Below are positions 12,997 through 24,288 of a DNA stretch of 64,000 nt, piece by piece. The notes under the pieces were generated by a model, which made no database searches, was not told the DNA's origin, and saw only the letters and a list, made by a program, of their open reading frames with translations. How positions within the stretch are numbered: the first letter of the stretch is position 1; every line of letters begins with the position of its first letter. The stretch is from Botryllus schlosseri (lineage: Eukaryota), in NCBI GenBank assembly GCA_051294905.1, contig CM119372.1:3164001-3228000 (forward strand), read 5' to 3'. Position numbers and translations under genes: made by a program.

Positions 12997-13186
12997 CGGC
13001 TAGATCCGTGTCCATTGTAACTCTTTGACCAACGCACTTGCTGTCTCCAGAGCACTCGTTTTCCTTCCAATAATGTAGAGGAATACCGTTCATCGTCATG
13101 TCGAACCCTTCATGACACTTCAAGCCATGTATTGGTGAAAAGGCACAGAGTGCAATTACCAGCAATAGGGCTATCCTACTCGTCAT
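12997..13186 (-). CDS. Secreted Ly6/uPAR-like + helical protein, coding exon 1 (signal peptide, Cys24/45/51)
   Basis: Starts MTSRIALLLVIALCAFSPIHG|LKC...C...C. Donor GTAGGT at 12996-12991. 190 nt, ends in phase 1. Confidence 0.85.
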
Positions 13187-13775
13187 ATCGGGAACAGTAT
13201 ACTGTAATAGGCCTATTTATGTTCTGTAGAGAGGGAAGAATTGCATGTAAATAATCTCACACATAGCTCTACGGTGCATAAATACAAAGCTTCTTGTCCC
13301 CGCCGATGAATTTGATGATCACACCAACAGCATACGGGATCAAATTCTCGACAGATGAAAATTCCCATTATAGACATTAGGCCTACAGTGCTGCTCAGCG
13401 AAATAACTTACGTCTATTATACAAACCCAACATGAGGCTACTGGATTAGCCGAATTTCACCATATACCTCAATCGAATTACGCTGATATACTTCTTTTTC
13501 GTAGAAAGGATTATTTGAACAGCTTCTTGGGGTACAGAACTTCGATATACAATTGAATAGTATATTCATATTGAAATAAACCCGAATATTTTCGGCTGAC
13601 ACTCGTCAGGGGTAATCGTCAGCAACTAGTAGAGAATACAAAATAACATCGTATATCAACAATCGGGTACTATCAAAAGGGCTCATGCAGACATTTTCCT
13701 AACATGTGGCTCGTCCATAATTGTATGTAGCGCATCCCAGAGGTTTTAAAACCTATGTTGACTTCCCTTGGAACA

Positions 13776-14230
13776 GACTTAGACAACGAGATAACTCCAG
13801 TAAGAGAGAAATGCCAGTAACTCCAATAAGAGAGAAATGCCAGTAATCTAACTCTAATCTCATTTGTGATATGATTATTTGCTCGAATTCTAATTCTAAT
13901 CTCATGAAATCATCATATGCTCTAATTTTAAAAAGAAATATAGTTTCCGCTTTCCTGAAAATGCTTACGGTACAATTGGATTGTGCGAAACCAATCACCC
14001 TTGCTGTACAGACAATAGACATTTACCATTCTCAGGCTTATGAGAATGGACTCTGGTTTGATATGAACTGAGCCTGATTCTATTTCCTAGTTTTCGAGAA
14101 TTCAGTAATTCAAATTCAAATCCTATTTGGGAAAAGAAATATGTAATTATCATAATAATTGTAATATAATTCGGATAAAACGTGTAGCTGCAACTCTAAT
14201 TCTATTCTAATTTGGGAAAAGCTAGTTGTC
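13776..14230. repeat. aattctaat-rich dispersed repeat (also ~15340-15670, 28890-29034 + 30305-30610, 62945-63350)
   Basis: Recurrent aattctaattctaatct, gaaatgccagtaat and gacaactagataattct motifs in all copies. Confidence 0.75.
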
Positions 14231-17200
14231 CGAGCTTTCTAATGCCGCATTCAGTGTCCTATATATGTCCAGTATCAAAGCAACCGGCGCAACCGTATCG
14301 AGACATTTATCGTCTGCTAGCTGACGCAACAATCGAGTCTGTGATCGTCAATCAAATATCGCGGAGATTGGCACAAATCGACAAAACTATCGGTATAATT
14401 TGCTGTCTCATAGTGAAACCCGAATCATAGGGTCTTCGATCAACATGATCTCGTTAAAAACGGCGTGCAAGCAGCATATCATGTGTGCTGATCAATAGAT
14501 TCATGTCGGCATTATATCTAAATTTTCTTAACCGAACTTTGACTCGGATATGGAGCCATGTTGAGGTAAATTATTTTAGATTCGGTTTTACATGGCGAAA
14601 TCAATACTGAATCAGTGCAAATCTCCACGAAACGCCTCTGGCGATTTAAGAGCATCTGAGATTTTGAAATCTGCCAACAGAAGTTTAAAATGAGAATACG
14701 ATTTGTACCAAGAACTTACAACGTATAACTTTAGACAATCGGCACACTGCTCTCTTAAGCCACACTGCGCTTCTTCGGAAGGCATATATCAGAATTTACA
14801 TGAAAGCACTACTGTCATTGCGGATGAGATATCAATCATACAGCAATAGTCCGGCAGATATTATGAAAATATTATGCAGCATTTATACTCCTACCCCTAA
14901 CCTCAGCATTACCATCTCCCTTGGCGTCATATCGTCAACATCTGATATTAATCATGCTACCAACAGTTGCAATACTCTATGAACCACTGACACAAATACC
15001 GGCAACAGTATAAACTAAAATCGTATTCGCATTCCCAAGCGTGCGTTACAGAAGAGTTTCCTTGTTCCGAGAGCAGTCCTGATATTACGCTTTCGATCTC
15101 GCCGGCAGCGCCCATTTTTTGAGATCAACTCGTGATTGGTACTGCATTGTATTTTTCTCAAATGCGTTCAACTTGCCCTACTACAGTTGATATTTGTGCA
15201 AGACAGATGACGGTTGCACGATAATTTAGCTTAATTTGAACTAAAGCTTGGAGGGGTCCGCGAAGGTCCGTGACAGTGCAAAAGAGATAAAAAGGTTGAG
15301 AACCACTGTCCTAATGCATCACCATTGGAGCGAAACGCCGATAATCTAAATTCTGATGTTTCCTTGCTCTAATTCTAATTCTAATCTAATTTCTGGTTTT
15401 CCTGAAAACGCCACATTTACCATATTCGGGTTCACTCCAATATTAATATACTATTCAAATGAAAATGCCACAGGCGTGTAGCTATAATTCTATAATTCTA
15501 GTCAAATTTTTGAAACGGAGGTGTATCTACAATTGTAATTCTACTGTAATTTTGAAAAAACTTAATAGCCATAATTCTAATTCTAGTCTATTTTAAAAGA
15601 ACTGTGTAGCTATAATTTTAATTCTAATCTAATTTGGAAACGGAGAAAATTTTCTAGTTGTCTTACTCTGATGAGTGCGTCAGTACACCTCACTGCGATA
15701 TATGTACTTGACTTGTACATCATATTTGTCCTAATTCATCGCTGTACGTATCGTGCATGAATATTACGGTGAATAAAAAAAGGAATTATTTCACGAAAAC
15801 TTGAAATAACGAAAACGCGCATTCTAAGGGAAAAATGACAAACATCTCCTGGCAGTCAAATCTTACGATGCATTTATATCTCTAAAGAAACGGAAGTGTT
15901 TCAATACTTTATATCTCGGTCGGGGCAAAGGTAGTCCACTATACCCGATCCGTGAAACCAGTCAGCATTGACCACTATATTCAAAAATCCGAGAATGCAT
16001 TCTCACTGTGACGCGACAACTGAGAACTGACATGTGCGAAGAACTTGCACGGCATAATCAATAAGGTGCTTTTTGATATAAAACCTATGCGTTTTGATCA
16101 CGACTTTTATGACATCACCACGAAAATCATTGTATTGCACAAGGATGTATACTACATGCAGCGGTTCGCACGCCGGATCCGGGAATTTTTCAAACCTGAT
16201 ACTCGAATCACGATAGTTCCTGCACAGAGTACTATACCTGTTATATACACTCTACAATACACACATCAAGTAAAAAGCAGCGTAAATCGCTCTACAGACG
16301 TGGCCTGCAGTAAGTCTGTCGAAACTTTCGACGTATGAAGACCTATCTATCTGTTCGTTCTACTAAGCGACAGGCGCCAAAGTGACAACGAAGAAGTTCG
16401 TTAAGCCGGGCAGAAAAACGCTGACGGTTTCAGCACGCATAGTTCAATAGTCCTGAACACTTGGAACAGCCAATGCGACTCACTCGCCCAATGCTGATAA
16501 CATATCAAAAATACAGACGCGTAACTCAACAGTATCTGGATTGTTCGCGATAGTGAAATACGCTGCCATTCGTTCACGACTAGCACCCTGCGACAACTTT
16601 ACACGCTAATTATATCACTCATTCCGCAGCGTCTAATCAAATAACACTTGAGGGAATATGAGTCCTTCCCGGTGTAAATAATTATCAGTATCACAAAAGC
16701 GCGTACGGTAGACGATGAGTACTCGGAAACAGGCCGAACGCGGAGAAATTTGGTGAGCTGCGACAAACGGTCTGAAATTGGAATTCCCAGGAGTGAATAA
16801 GGTTCTTGTTCGTTTCAATTTATCTCGAGCAGATACCATACCATAACCCAATGACGAAAGCAGAAGATCGCCTGAAACGTGAACAAAAATGATGATGGAT
16901 AAACACAGATTATTGCTAGGGTTGCATTTGCTAGGTGACGAGCATTCTAGTATCTCTCATTATGGCGTCATAACAGCATGTAAGACATGGAATGCTAAAA
17001 TATGTACCTTTTATCTCACCACTAAGAATATAATTCCACGTCACAATCACATTGAATATATAATTTCGTATTATTCTACCATGCCTATTTCATTGCACAC
17101 TGTGACAATGTTTAGGGTTGATCGATCAAGACTCAACATATATGTCATTTTTACTAACATAGCTTTGTTCTGCATGTTTTGTATGCTGTAATACCACCAA

Positions 17201-20200
17201 TCGAGATTCTATGCCTTTCGCAGTGGAAAATAGTAACAAAAGTTCAATTTTAGTTGGTAAATTAACTCCTAGTGGCAAGGAGCGTGTAAAGTAGCCTACT
17301 TGATTAAATCATCTGTTACTGCTCGACTTAATCATTAGAATTGATGCTCGATTCAGATTGGAGTACTCGAATCATTGTGCCAAGCCTTAGTTATAATTCG
17401 GCAATTGAACTCTGGAACCGAGCTCACATGACCTTTCCAGACGCGACAATGGTATATCGATGGTGACACAGTTATTTTTCGCACTGCTCTCGACTCTACG
17501 CCCAAGACACTGTTCTCGTTGTGCGGGGGATACACCGTCCACGAAACCCTTTTCCGCATAAAAAATGAGTCACGTTTCTGTCTTACTTTGGCGAATGCGT
17601 AAATTTAGCCATGCGCGTGCCCTCGGGGCTTTCTGGAACTTCAAGGTAATATATACAAGATTTGATCGAGAATATAGGTTTCAGCTTACGAGCCAATGTT
17701 CTTGTCAATATATACCTCGTGCTCCGAAGCGGTGATATGCAGGATTGTAAACAAGTCACAAGGTTCCGAGTCACAAGTCAACCACACAAGTCGAGTCATT
17801 TTGAGTTCGTCATCGAGTCAAGTCCGAGTCCCAATCGAGTTCAAGTCATGTTCAACTCAGTTTTTACAACTCGGCCTTGGTGACATAGAATGCCTCGCAT
17901 TCGTAATATACTGATTCCTTCACTTCCAAGAGTTTTTGGCCCTTTTTTAGAAGTACCAGTACTGATAGACGAAATATGAATAAGGCGGTAACTATTTCAT
18001 TGTAACTATTCTGCGAAGTTACATGAAATGCCTGTCTTTGCCGCCCGAGTATCGAGTCATACGATTTGATCGAGTCACGCTGAACGACGTCGAGTCGAAA
18101 CACAATTTGACTCTCAAGTCGAGTCGCGTCATTTTCCGTGTTTTAAGAAAATGACTCCAATCAGGTCGAGTAACCAAATAGTCGCGACTCGAGTCATTAC
18201 AACCCTAGTGAGATGATAATGGTATGAGGTTAAATGTAACTTGCTCAATCAACATACGGCCAGCGAAGAGATTATGAACGGCTTGCGGACAGTTTGCGGT
18301 GTTGCATGATAATACAGCCCGCAGTCACAGTGCCTCAATTCCCCACTGCTTTAGTATGTCGAATTATGGTGACTGTAGGTTGTTCTTCATATGTAACTGT
18401 TTTCTTTGTGCCCAGCACGCATCCAGAGTTCAAAAGTATAGGTGGATAAAAACGCGCTTAATGTATCAATTCAGTAATCCTGCCCGCCAAGTACGTCATT
18501 TTTCCATATCCGGCCCGTCGCCTAGAGAAGTTGCCCGCCCCTGTTCTAAGTGATTGACTTGAACAATATTTGTAGCATGATTTAGGACCAGGTGCTTTCA
18601 AAATTTTGACTGTATATACTCTACCTGCTAATTTAACGGATTTTTTGAAGGTGAAATATGTTTACTACCGCAGTCCACAAGGACATATAGTTTGAACACT
18701 TGCGTTTAACCTTTAATTCACTCCAAATGTAAAGCAGTCGAACGATGTAATCGTATTGAAATAAACTCGACTGACACTCGCCAGGGGAATTCGTCAGCAA
18801 CTAGTAGAGAATTGGAAAGAACATTGTATATCAACAATCGTATCACCATATATGACGTCACCGGCGTGATATTTTGAATAATCGAGGCGAAGAAATGGTT
18901 TGAGCTCGGAGTACAAAATGTACAATTACAACCCTGACGAATTTTAGCCGGCAATATTCGAGTATATATCAATATGGATATTTATTCGATTGTATGCTGA
19001 AGTTATGTACCTACAAAAAGCTCTTCGAAACTGAAACTCCGTCCTTCTGAAATGTCAATTATATATATAATACTTACAAGCTTATTTGTAATTGAACAAT
19101 TGGTACCACGCTGTTGCGTTTCGGCCGAAAAATACGATAATACTTTCCAAGGTGAATCCTCGCATTTCTGAACTGGTATCTTCAAGGGAACAGCCTAACT
19201 CACACCGATTTCCCATAATAATTCATTATAATGTTTTCGTTTAGTGCAAGATCATGTTTTATGGTTTTTTTTCATTCAACAATCTGTTTGAACAGTCAAT
19301 AACCACTGTATTGTAATGATATAGTCGCTGCTGAATTTATGGATTCTGCTAGACCAGTGATTCCGAAATTGAGTGCCGCCGCACGTTCTCAAATGCGCCG
19401 CATGTCTTTTGGTAATTTCGGAACTGAACGGCATGAACTATAAATACAGAAAATAAGGCATGCAGACAAGCACCACGTGACTGGAAAGCGCTCTAACTTC
19501 TTTAATATCTGATAAATAAGCAAATGCGCCGACGAAAGCAATTATACGATCATTAGACGAGATGTTTACGCTGTGAAAACCGAGGCGTTGAAGACGGGTT
19601 CGTTTCCAGCTCTTAATGAATCAATTCATAAAAGAATCATTCCGATTTTTCAGGAGTACTGTCTGGTCGTCAGCATACACTGCAGCATTACTTCTCGGAA
19701 TTTGTTGCTAATATAAGTTCAGATCGGTATGGTTAATCCATTTGCAAGCAATGAATCACACAAGCTTGCTGCATTATAATTTAAAAATTCTGACTTTTAA
19801 AATGCTGTTTCTACAGTTGTCAAAAATAATCAAAATTATATTACCATCTGCATATTCATGGGTATGTGCAGTGTGTACATTACTTTTGTGTTTGGGTTGA
19901 AATTAAAGGCTGTAAACGTGAGAGACTGCTTGGAATTGATGATGAAATGCTGTGCTGTGTTTGTCACGGATGCAACCTCGTTTCAGACGCATATGTTCGT
20001 GTTACAATGACATTCCTTTGCGTTGTACGACGCATTCAAATTACGGACAGTGGCCATCCGGTATAATAGTTGTTGAATATATCCGCTGCGACTTAACTAT
20101 ACAGCTAATACAGCTTCACCAGTTAAAACTGAATGTCGTAATCGGATGCGAAAAGTCTGCGTCTGCATGTCACTAAAGCTAGAAAACGTCCAGCTTCGTA

Positions 20201-20564
20201 ATTCATTAAATTGAATCCGTACGTTTCGATGTAGTTTTCGATTACCACGAGCATTACGCCAAAATCTATTGCTGGTGCTTATCCGTGAGGAAATGCACGA
20301 ACAACCGATTGCAATCCTACAATTGGATATAACTTGAATATTCCTAATTCACTGGTCATGTATCGCCACACGCTGTTCAATCAGTATAATTGCAATCAGC
20401 AACACCGGATATGTTTGAAGCTCATCGTCGATGGTTTACGATTCACAAATATTGCAGGCGAATTGCACCGCGATACTTTTGTACGTTGAATATTTTTCAA
20501 GTTACTTTTCGATATATCGCAATTCACTTCAATGCAGCCTTCAGTGCAGCAGCCCTGCTTGCTA

Positions 20565-20908
20565 CTGCCGCCGGAGGCCAGTATTGCATGTCCGTATTCA
20601 AATCGAAATACAAGCAATTTCTACTAAATCAATACTATTCAGCTCTCAAGGTTACCGGACCACTATCTGTCATATCGACCTCGCCTACTGACACATGCTG
20701 ACATGCAGCATTCATTTTGACGCTTACTTTTATGTTATCCCATCTTTAATCCAGTGTGCATACCATTTATTTACATGCTGTAGGCCAAAGTGGGTGTCTT
20801 ATTAAAAGGCTATTCCAAGTCGTTTTGGCACCCTCCTACCTTTTCATTCTATCGCAATCTTGTGGTGTATTGATTTGATGAAAAAATTAATAAAATGATG
20901 ATGATGAT
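20565..20908 (+). mobile_element. CR1/L2-group LINE 3' end
   Basis: Same ORF2 tail and 3' UTR as 9422-9840 and 26957-27309; (TGA)n tail. Confidence 0.85.
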
Positions 20909-21776
20909 TGTAGATGTAATTAATGCTGTATCATAGTAACCAAACTCTCTCTTATTTTATGTTGCACCGTACTTTCCTACAATGGTGTGGACACAAGCAA
21001 ATCTCACGGCTCACTGCGATTGGTCTACGTCACACTTTCCATTTGGCTAAAGGCAATTTGACGGTTATTTTTGAGCTCACTGTACACTAGGGGTCTTCAA
21101 AACGGACTTTTTTTTTCAAATTGTACTGGAGCTCAATTCCAACCAGTGGAAGCGGAGTTATTGCCTTCGAAAAATTTGGATTTGAATAAAATAGTATTTA
21201 CGGTGGGCACACGTATAATAAATAATTAAAGAATTGGTCACCGTAAATACTATTTTATTGATAATCCAAATTTTTCGGTAGCTGCTTGTCGACAATAGGC
21301 TTATTTATACGTACACCGGACAAAGATGTGAAATTTTATGCTCTGCAAATTGAACTTGACTATTTCCACGTCGAAGAATTAAATATCAACGACTGCTGAT
21401 ATAGATCATAACCGAGTCGATATTTGCCGTTACTCGTAACGGCAGTTCACAATATCTGTATTGCAGGCCGAATTGTATGTTCACTTTATTTTATTCTCAT
21501 ATGATCCTACTTGAAACGGGCACCAATCGTAATTTCGCAATTCTTTACTCAACGTTTGGATCTGCCACCATAGCCATCCGCTTATACACCATGCTAGCGT
21601 GGGTTGCAGATAGAATCAGGACCGAAACAGCACTTCGTATTCGAAAAGTTGAGGATGATCCTTGATCAATCAAACTCCCTTTTACGACCGGACTTGTGGA
21701 CACAACAGGACGATACGTTTTGATGCGATGTGGCTTTGCTGTGTATTTGCTTTCAAGTCGCGCCAAGTACGAAAAA

Positions 21777-22253
21777 TTACCGTGAGACGCACACACAAAT
21801 TGTCATTTCTTCACTTGCGCATTTTCCTCTGATGGTGCCCCGGGTGGCATTTGTATTGTGTGGCTCAGATTGGGAGGACATGATTATTCGTCGCGCCCAT
21901 CCAGTGTGGTTATGGACAAGGGATACACACACAAAGTTTCGGACACGGTATTTCTTTGGTAGCGTGATGTCACACGTTGACCGAAACTGCATATGTCTTG
22001 GTGTATCGTGGCGCGGTAATGGCCGGCACCTAAATGCCTATTTCTATAAATTATGCATATTTTTACTTGAGGTAGAGAGGTATTCATTTGAAAATCAAGA
22101 TATTTAGCGAGTTAATTAAATCTCTCGAAAACAGTCTTTAATTTATGCTGATTTACGAAATTGTGTCACCTTCGACCTCGCTCCCCACCCTCTTGGGAGA
22201 TTTGGATATGGCCCTGGATAGAATGCAAATCGTCGGGTGCAAGAAATTGTCAC
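21777..22253 (-). CDS. Candidate cystine-knot (IL-17/Trunk/PTTH-like) gene, last two exons 22253-22157 and 22029-21777
   Basis: Phase-compatible AG/GT boundaries. Joined peptide has 7 Cys and ends ...EEMTICVCVSR*. Minus-strand AATAAA at 21485-21495. No signal-peptide exon identified. Confidence 0.35.
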
Positions 22254-22774
22254 CTATAAAGATGAGCAATGGGTATATTTTGACGTAAACTGTAAATGAC
22301 GTCATCTCATTTAAAAATAGTGTCGTTCTCTTATGAGGCCTTTTCATCACGATCGTTATTGACTTCCAATATGTATTCAAAGGAGCAAAATAAATGTAGC
22401 CTAATCGTCAGTAATCATGATTACTGATTTTGCTGTAATAGTAATCGTAATCGCGTCGAGCAAGTGCGACGGTGAAGTTATCGTGCCATGTAACGGGTTA
22501 AACAGCCGCGGCAGCTGGTCTTGTAGAAATTTCAATAAATTGCAGCTCCATTACGGTGGCGTTCTGAAGGAAATGGCCGCGGCCAAAAATTTTTGTTCGT
22601 TTTTACCTTCAATTTGACACCACATCATTTTTAGAGCGCAGTGCCCCTTTAAGATCTTCATGTCAAGCTGAAACCCAGAAGATTATAAGTAAATAAATAC
22701 ACAAATATTGGCCCACACTCGTGATAACTGGTTGTTCTATTTTGGTATTAAAATTAATGGTGTTTCGACTATAC

Positions 22775-23194
22775 CAGTGGTTTCCAACGTGGGGGATATC
22801 GCCCCCCTCCCCCCAGTGGGCGACTTTGAGAAACAAGGGGGCGAAAATGCCAAAGGGGCGACTGGGGGCGATAGAGGCGAAGCTGTTAGAACGTACTGTG
22901 AGATATATTTAATTATCACGGCCAAAAATATGCGTTAAGACTGCACACTCCACATAATTCGCGAAAGTTGACCAGAAAAAAGGTGAACTCAATGGAACAC
23001 GTGGAAACCGGTTTTCCGAGCACCTACTCGAAAAAATGACCTTTTTTCTTATTGTTAATTACCCAGCGACCAGAGTTGAGTGAATATATTTCCCGTATAT
23101 ATGTCCTATTTTTTGGATCCGTAAATGTTGGGGACGAAAATTTGTGTCGAGCGTGATAAGTGGGTGATGAGTGGGAAAAGGCGGGGAACCACTG
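22775..23194. mobile_element. hAT MITE
   Basis: CAGTGGTTTCC...GGAACCACTG, perfect TSD GACTATAC. Confidence 0.85.
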
Positions 23195-24288
23195 GACTAT
23201 ACTATGATCATTTACAGCAGGTCGATATTATTAATTATTATTTCCGATCTGCCGGCCCACTTTCGTTCTAGATAGGATTTTCGTAAGAAACCACTTTTTA
23301 CGCGGATCACATGGCGAGGAGGAGCCTAGATAAACCTACAAGGTAGAAATTATAGAGTCGATATCGGTCGCATTCAAACTAGCGACCCATTGGTGTGGAT
23401 ATGTTGCGCATGACTCGAGAAAATTGGGAAAGAAACCGCCTTTTACCTGTTGTTAAGATAAAGGTGGTCAAAGTTTGTACTCAAGTACAAGTAGAATTAA
23501 CGACTTTGCAGTACAAGTAAAGTAGCGTCCTATTCCTATTCAGAGGTGGTCAAGTCAAGAAAGCTACTCAAGTAGAAGTACAAGTAGCGACGAAAATGTC
23601 TACTCAAGTACGAGTAGAAGTACTTCTTCCATAAGCCACCTAAAACTACTTCAAGTAGAAGTAGAATTGACCGACTTTAAATCTACTCAAGTAAGTAAGT
23701 AGTTTTGAAAACAGTCTTAATTCGTTCGCATGGACTGTCAGAAGCTGCGAATTGAGCTATGCGGAACGTGCAGATCGAGAGCTTGATTCGTATTGATGTA
23801 TCCCATGATATATCAATTTTCGACAGAATAAGCATTCTTTCGCATCATGGGATGCAAATTATAGTATTGATATGAAAATGCGATACTAACCCTTTGTTTA
23901 CCAGAAGACCAAGATTCAGAGTACCTCATGGCATGGCGCCCTACCCCATATTATAAGGCCTCGAGTTTCGGCGAAGAGCAATACTGAGAAGTTGTATCGG
24001 ATACGGTTTCAACACTTTGCGCGATTAGTATACGTTACTAACAAATATTGTTGATCGTAAAATTTACATTTAGTGTAGCTTTATTTTCAAAAAATAGAGG
24101 CATTACTACAGTTGCGTTTATGCTTCAACATATGTTCTGCAGACAAAAGAACTGAACGTAATAAGAACTCAAAGTATGATACTCGGAATTGAAAGTGAAA
24201 TACAAATACCACTTCTAAAAAGCGGAAATATATGTCATGTCTTTTGTCCATTAAGCTTCAAAGGTGATCAGCTAAAACAGGTGTAACG

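Noticed and set aside
16633..16851. KLKRTRTLFTP as a homeodomain N-terminal arm
   Set aside because: No helix-1 (QL..LE..F) or WFQNRR motif follows in the frames I read.
17864..18103. LLKKGQK as a displaced thioredoxin exon
   Set aside because: Wrong strand, inside a gactcgagtc-type transposon. The real exon 4 is at 39973-40038.
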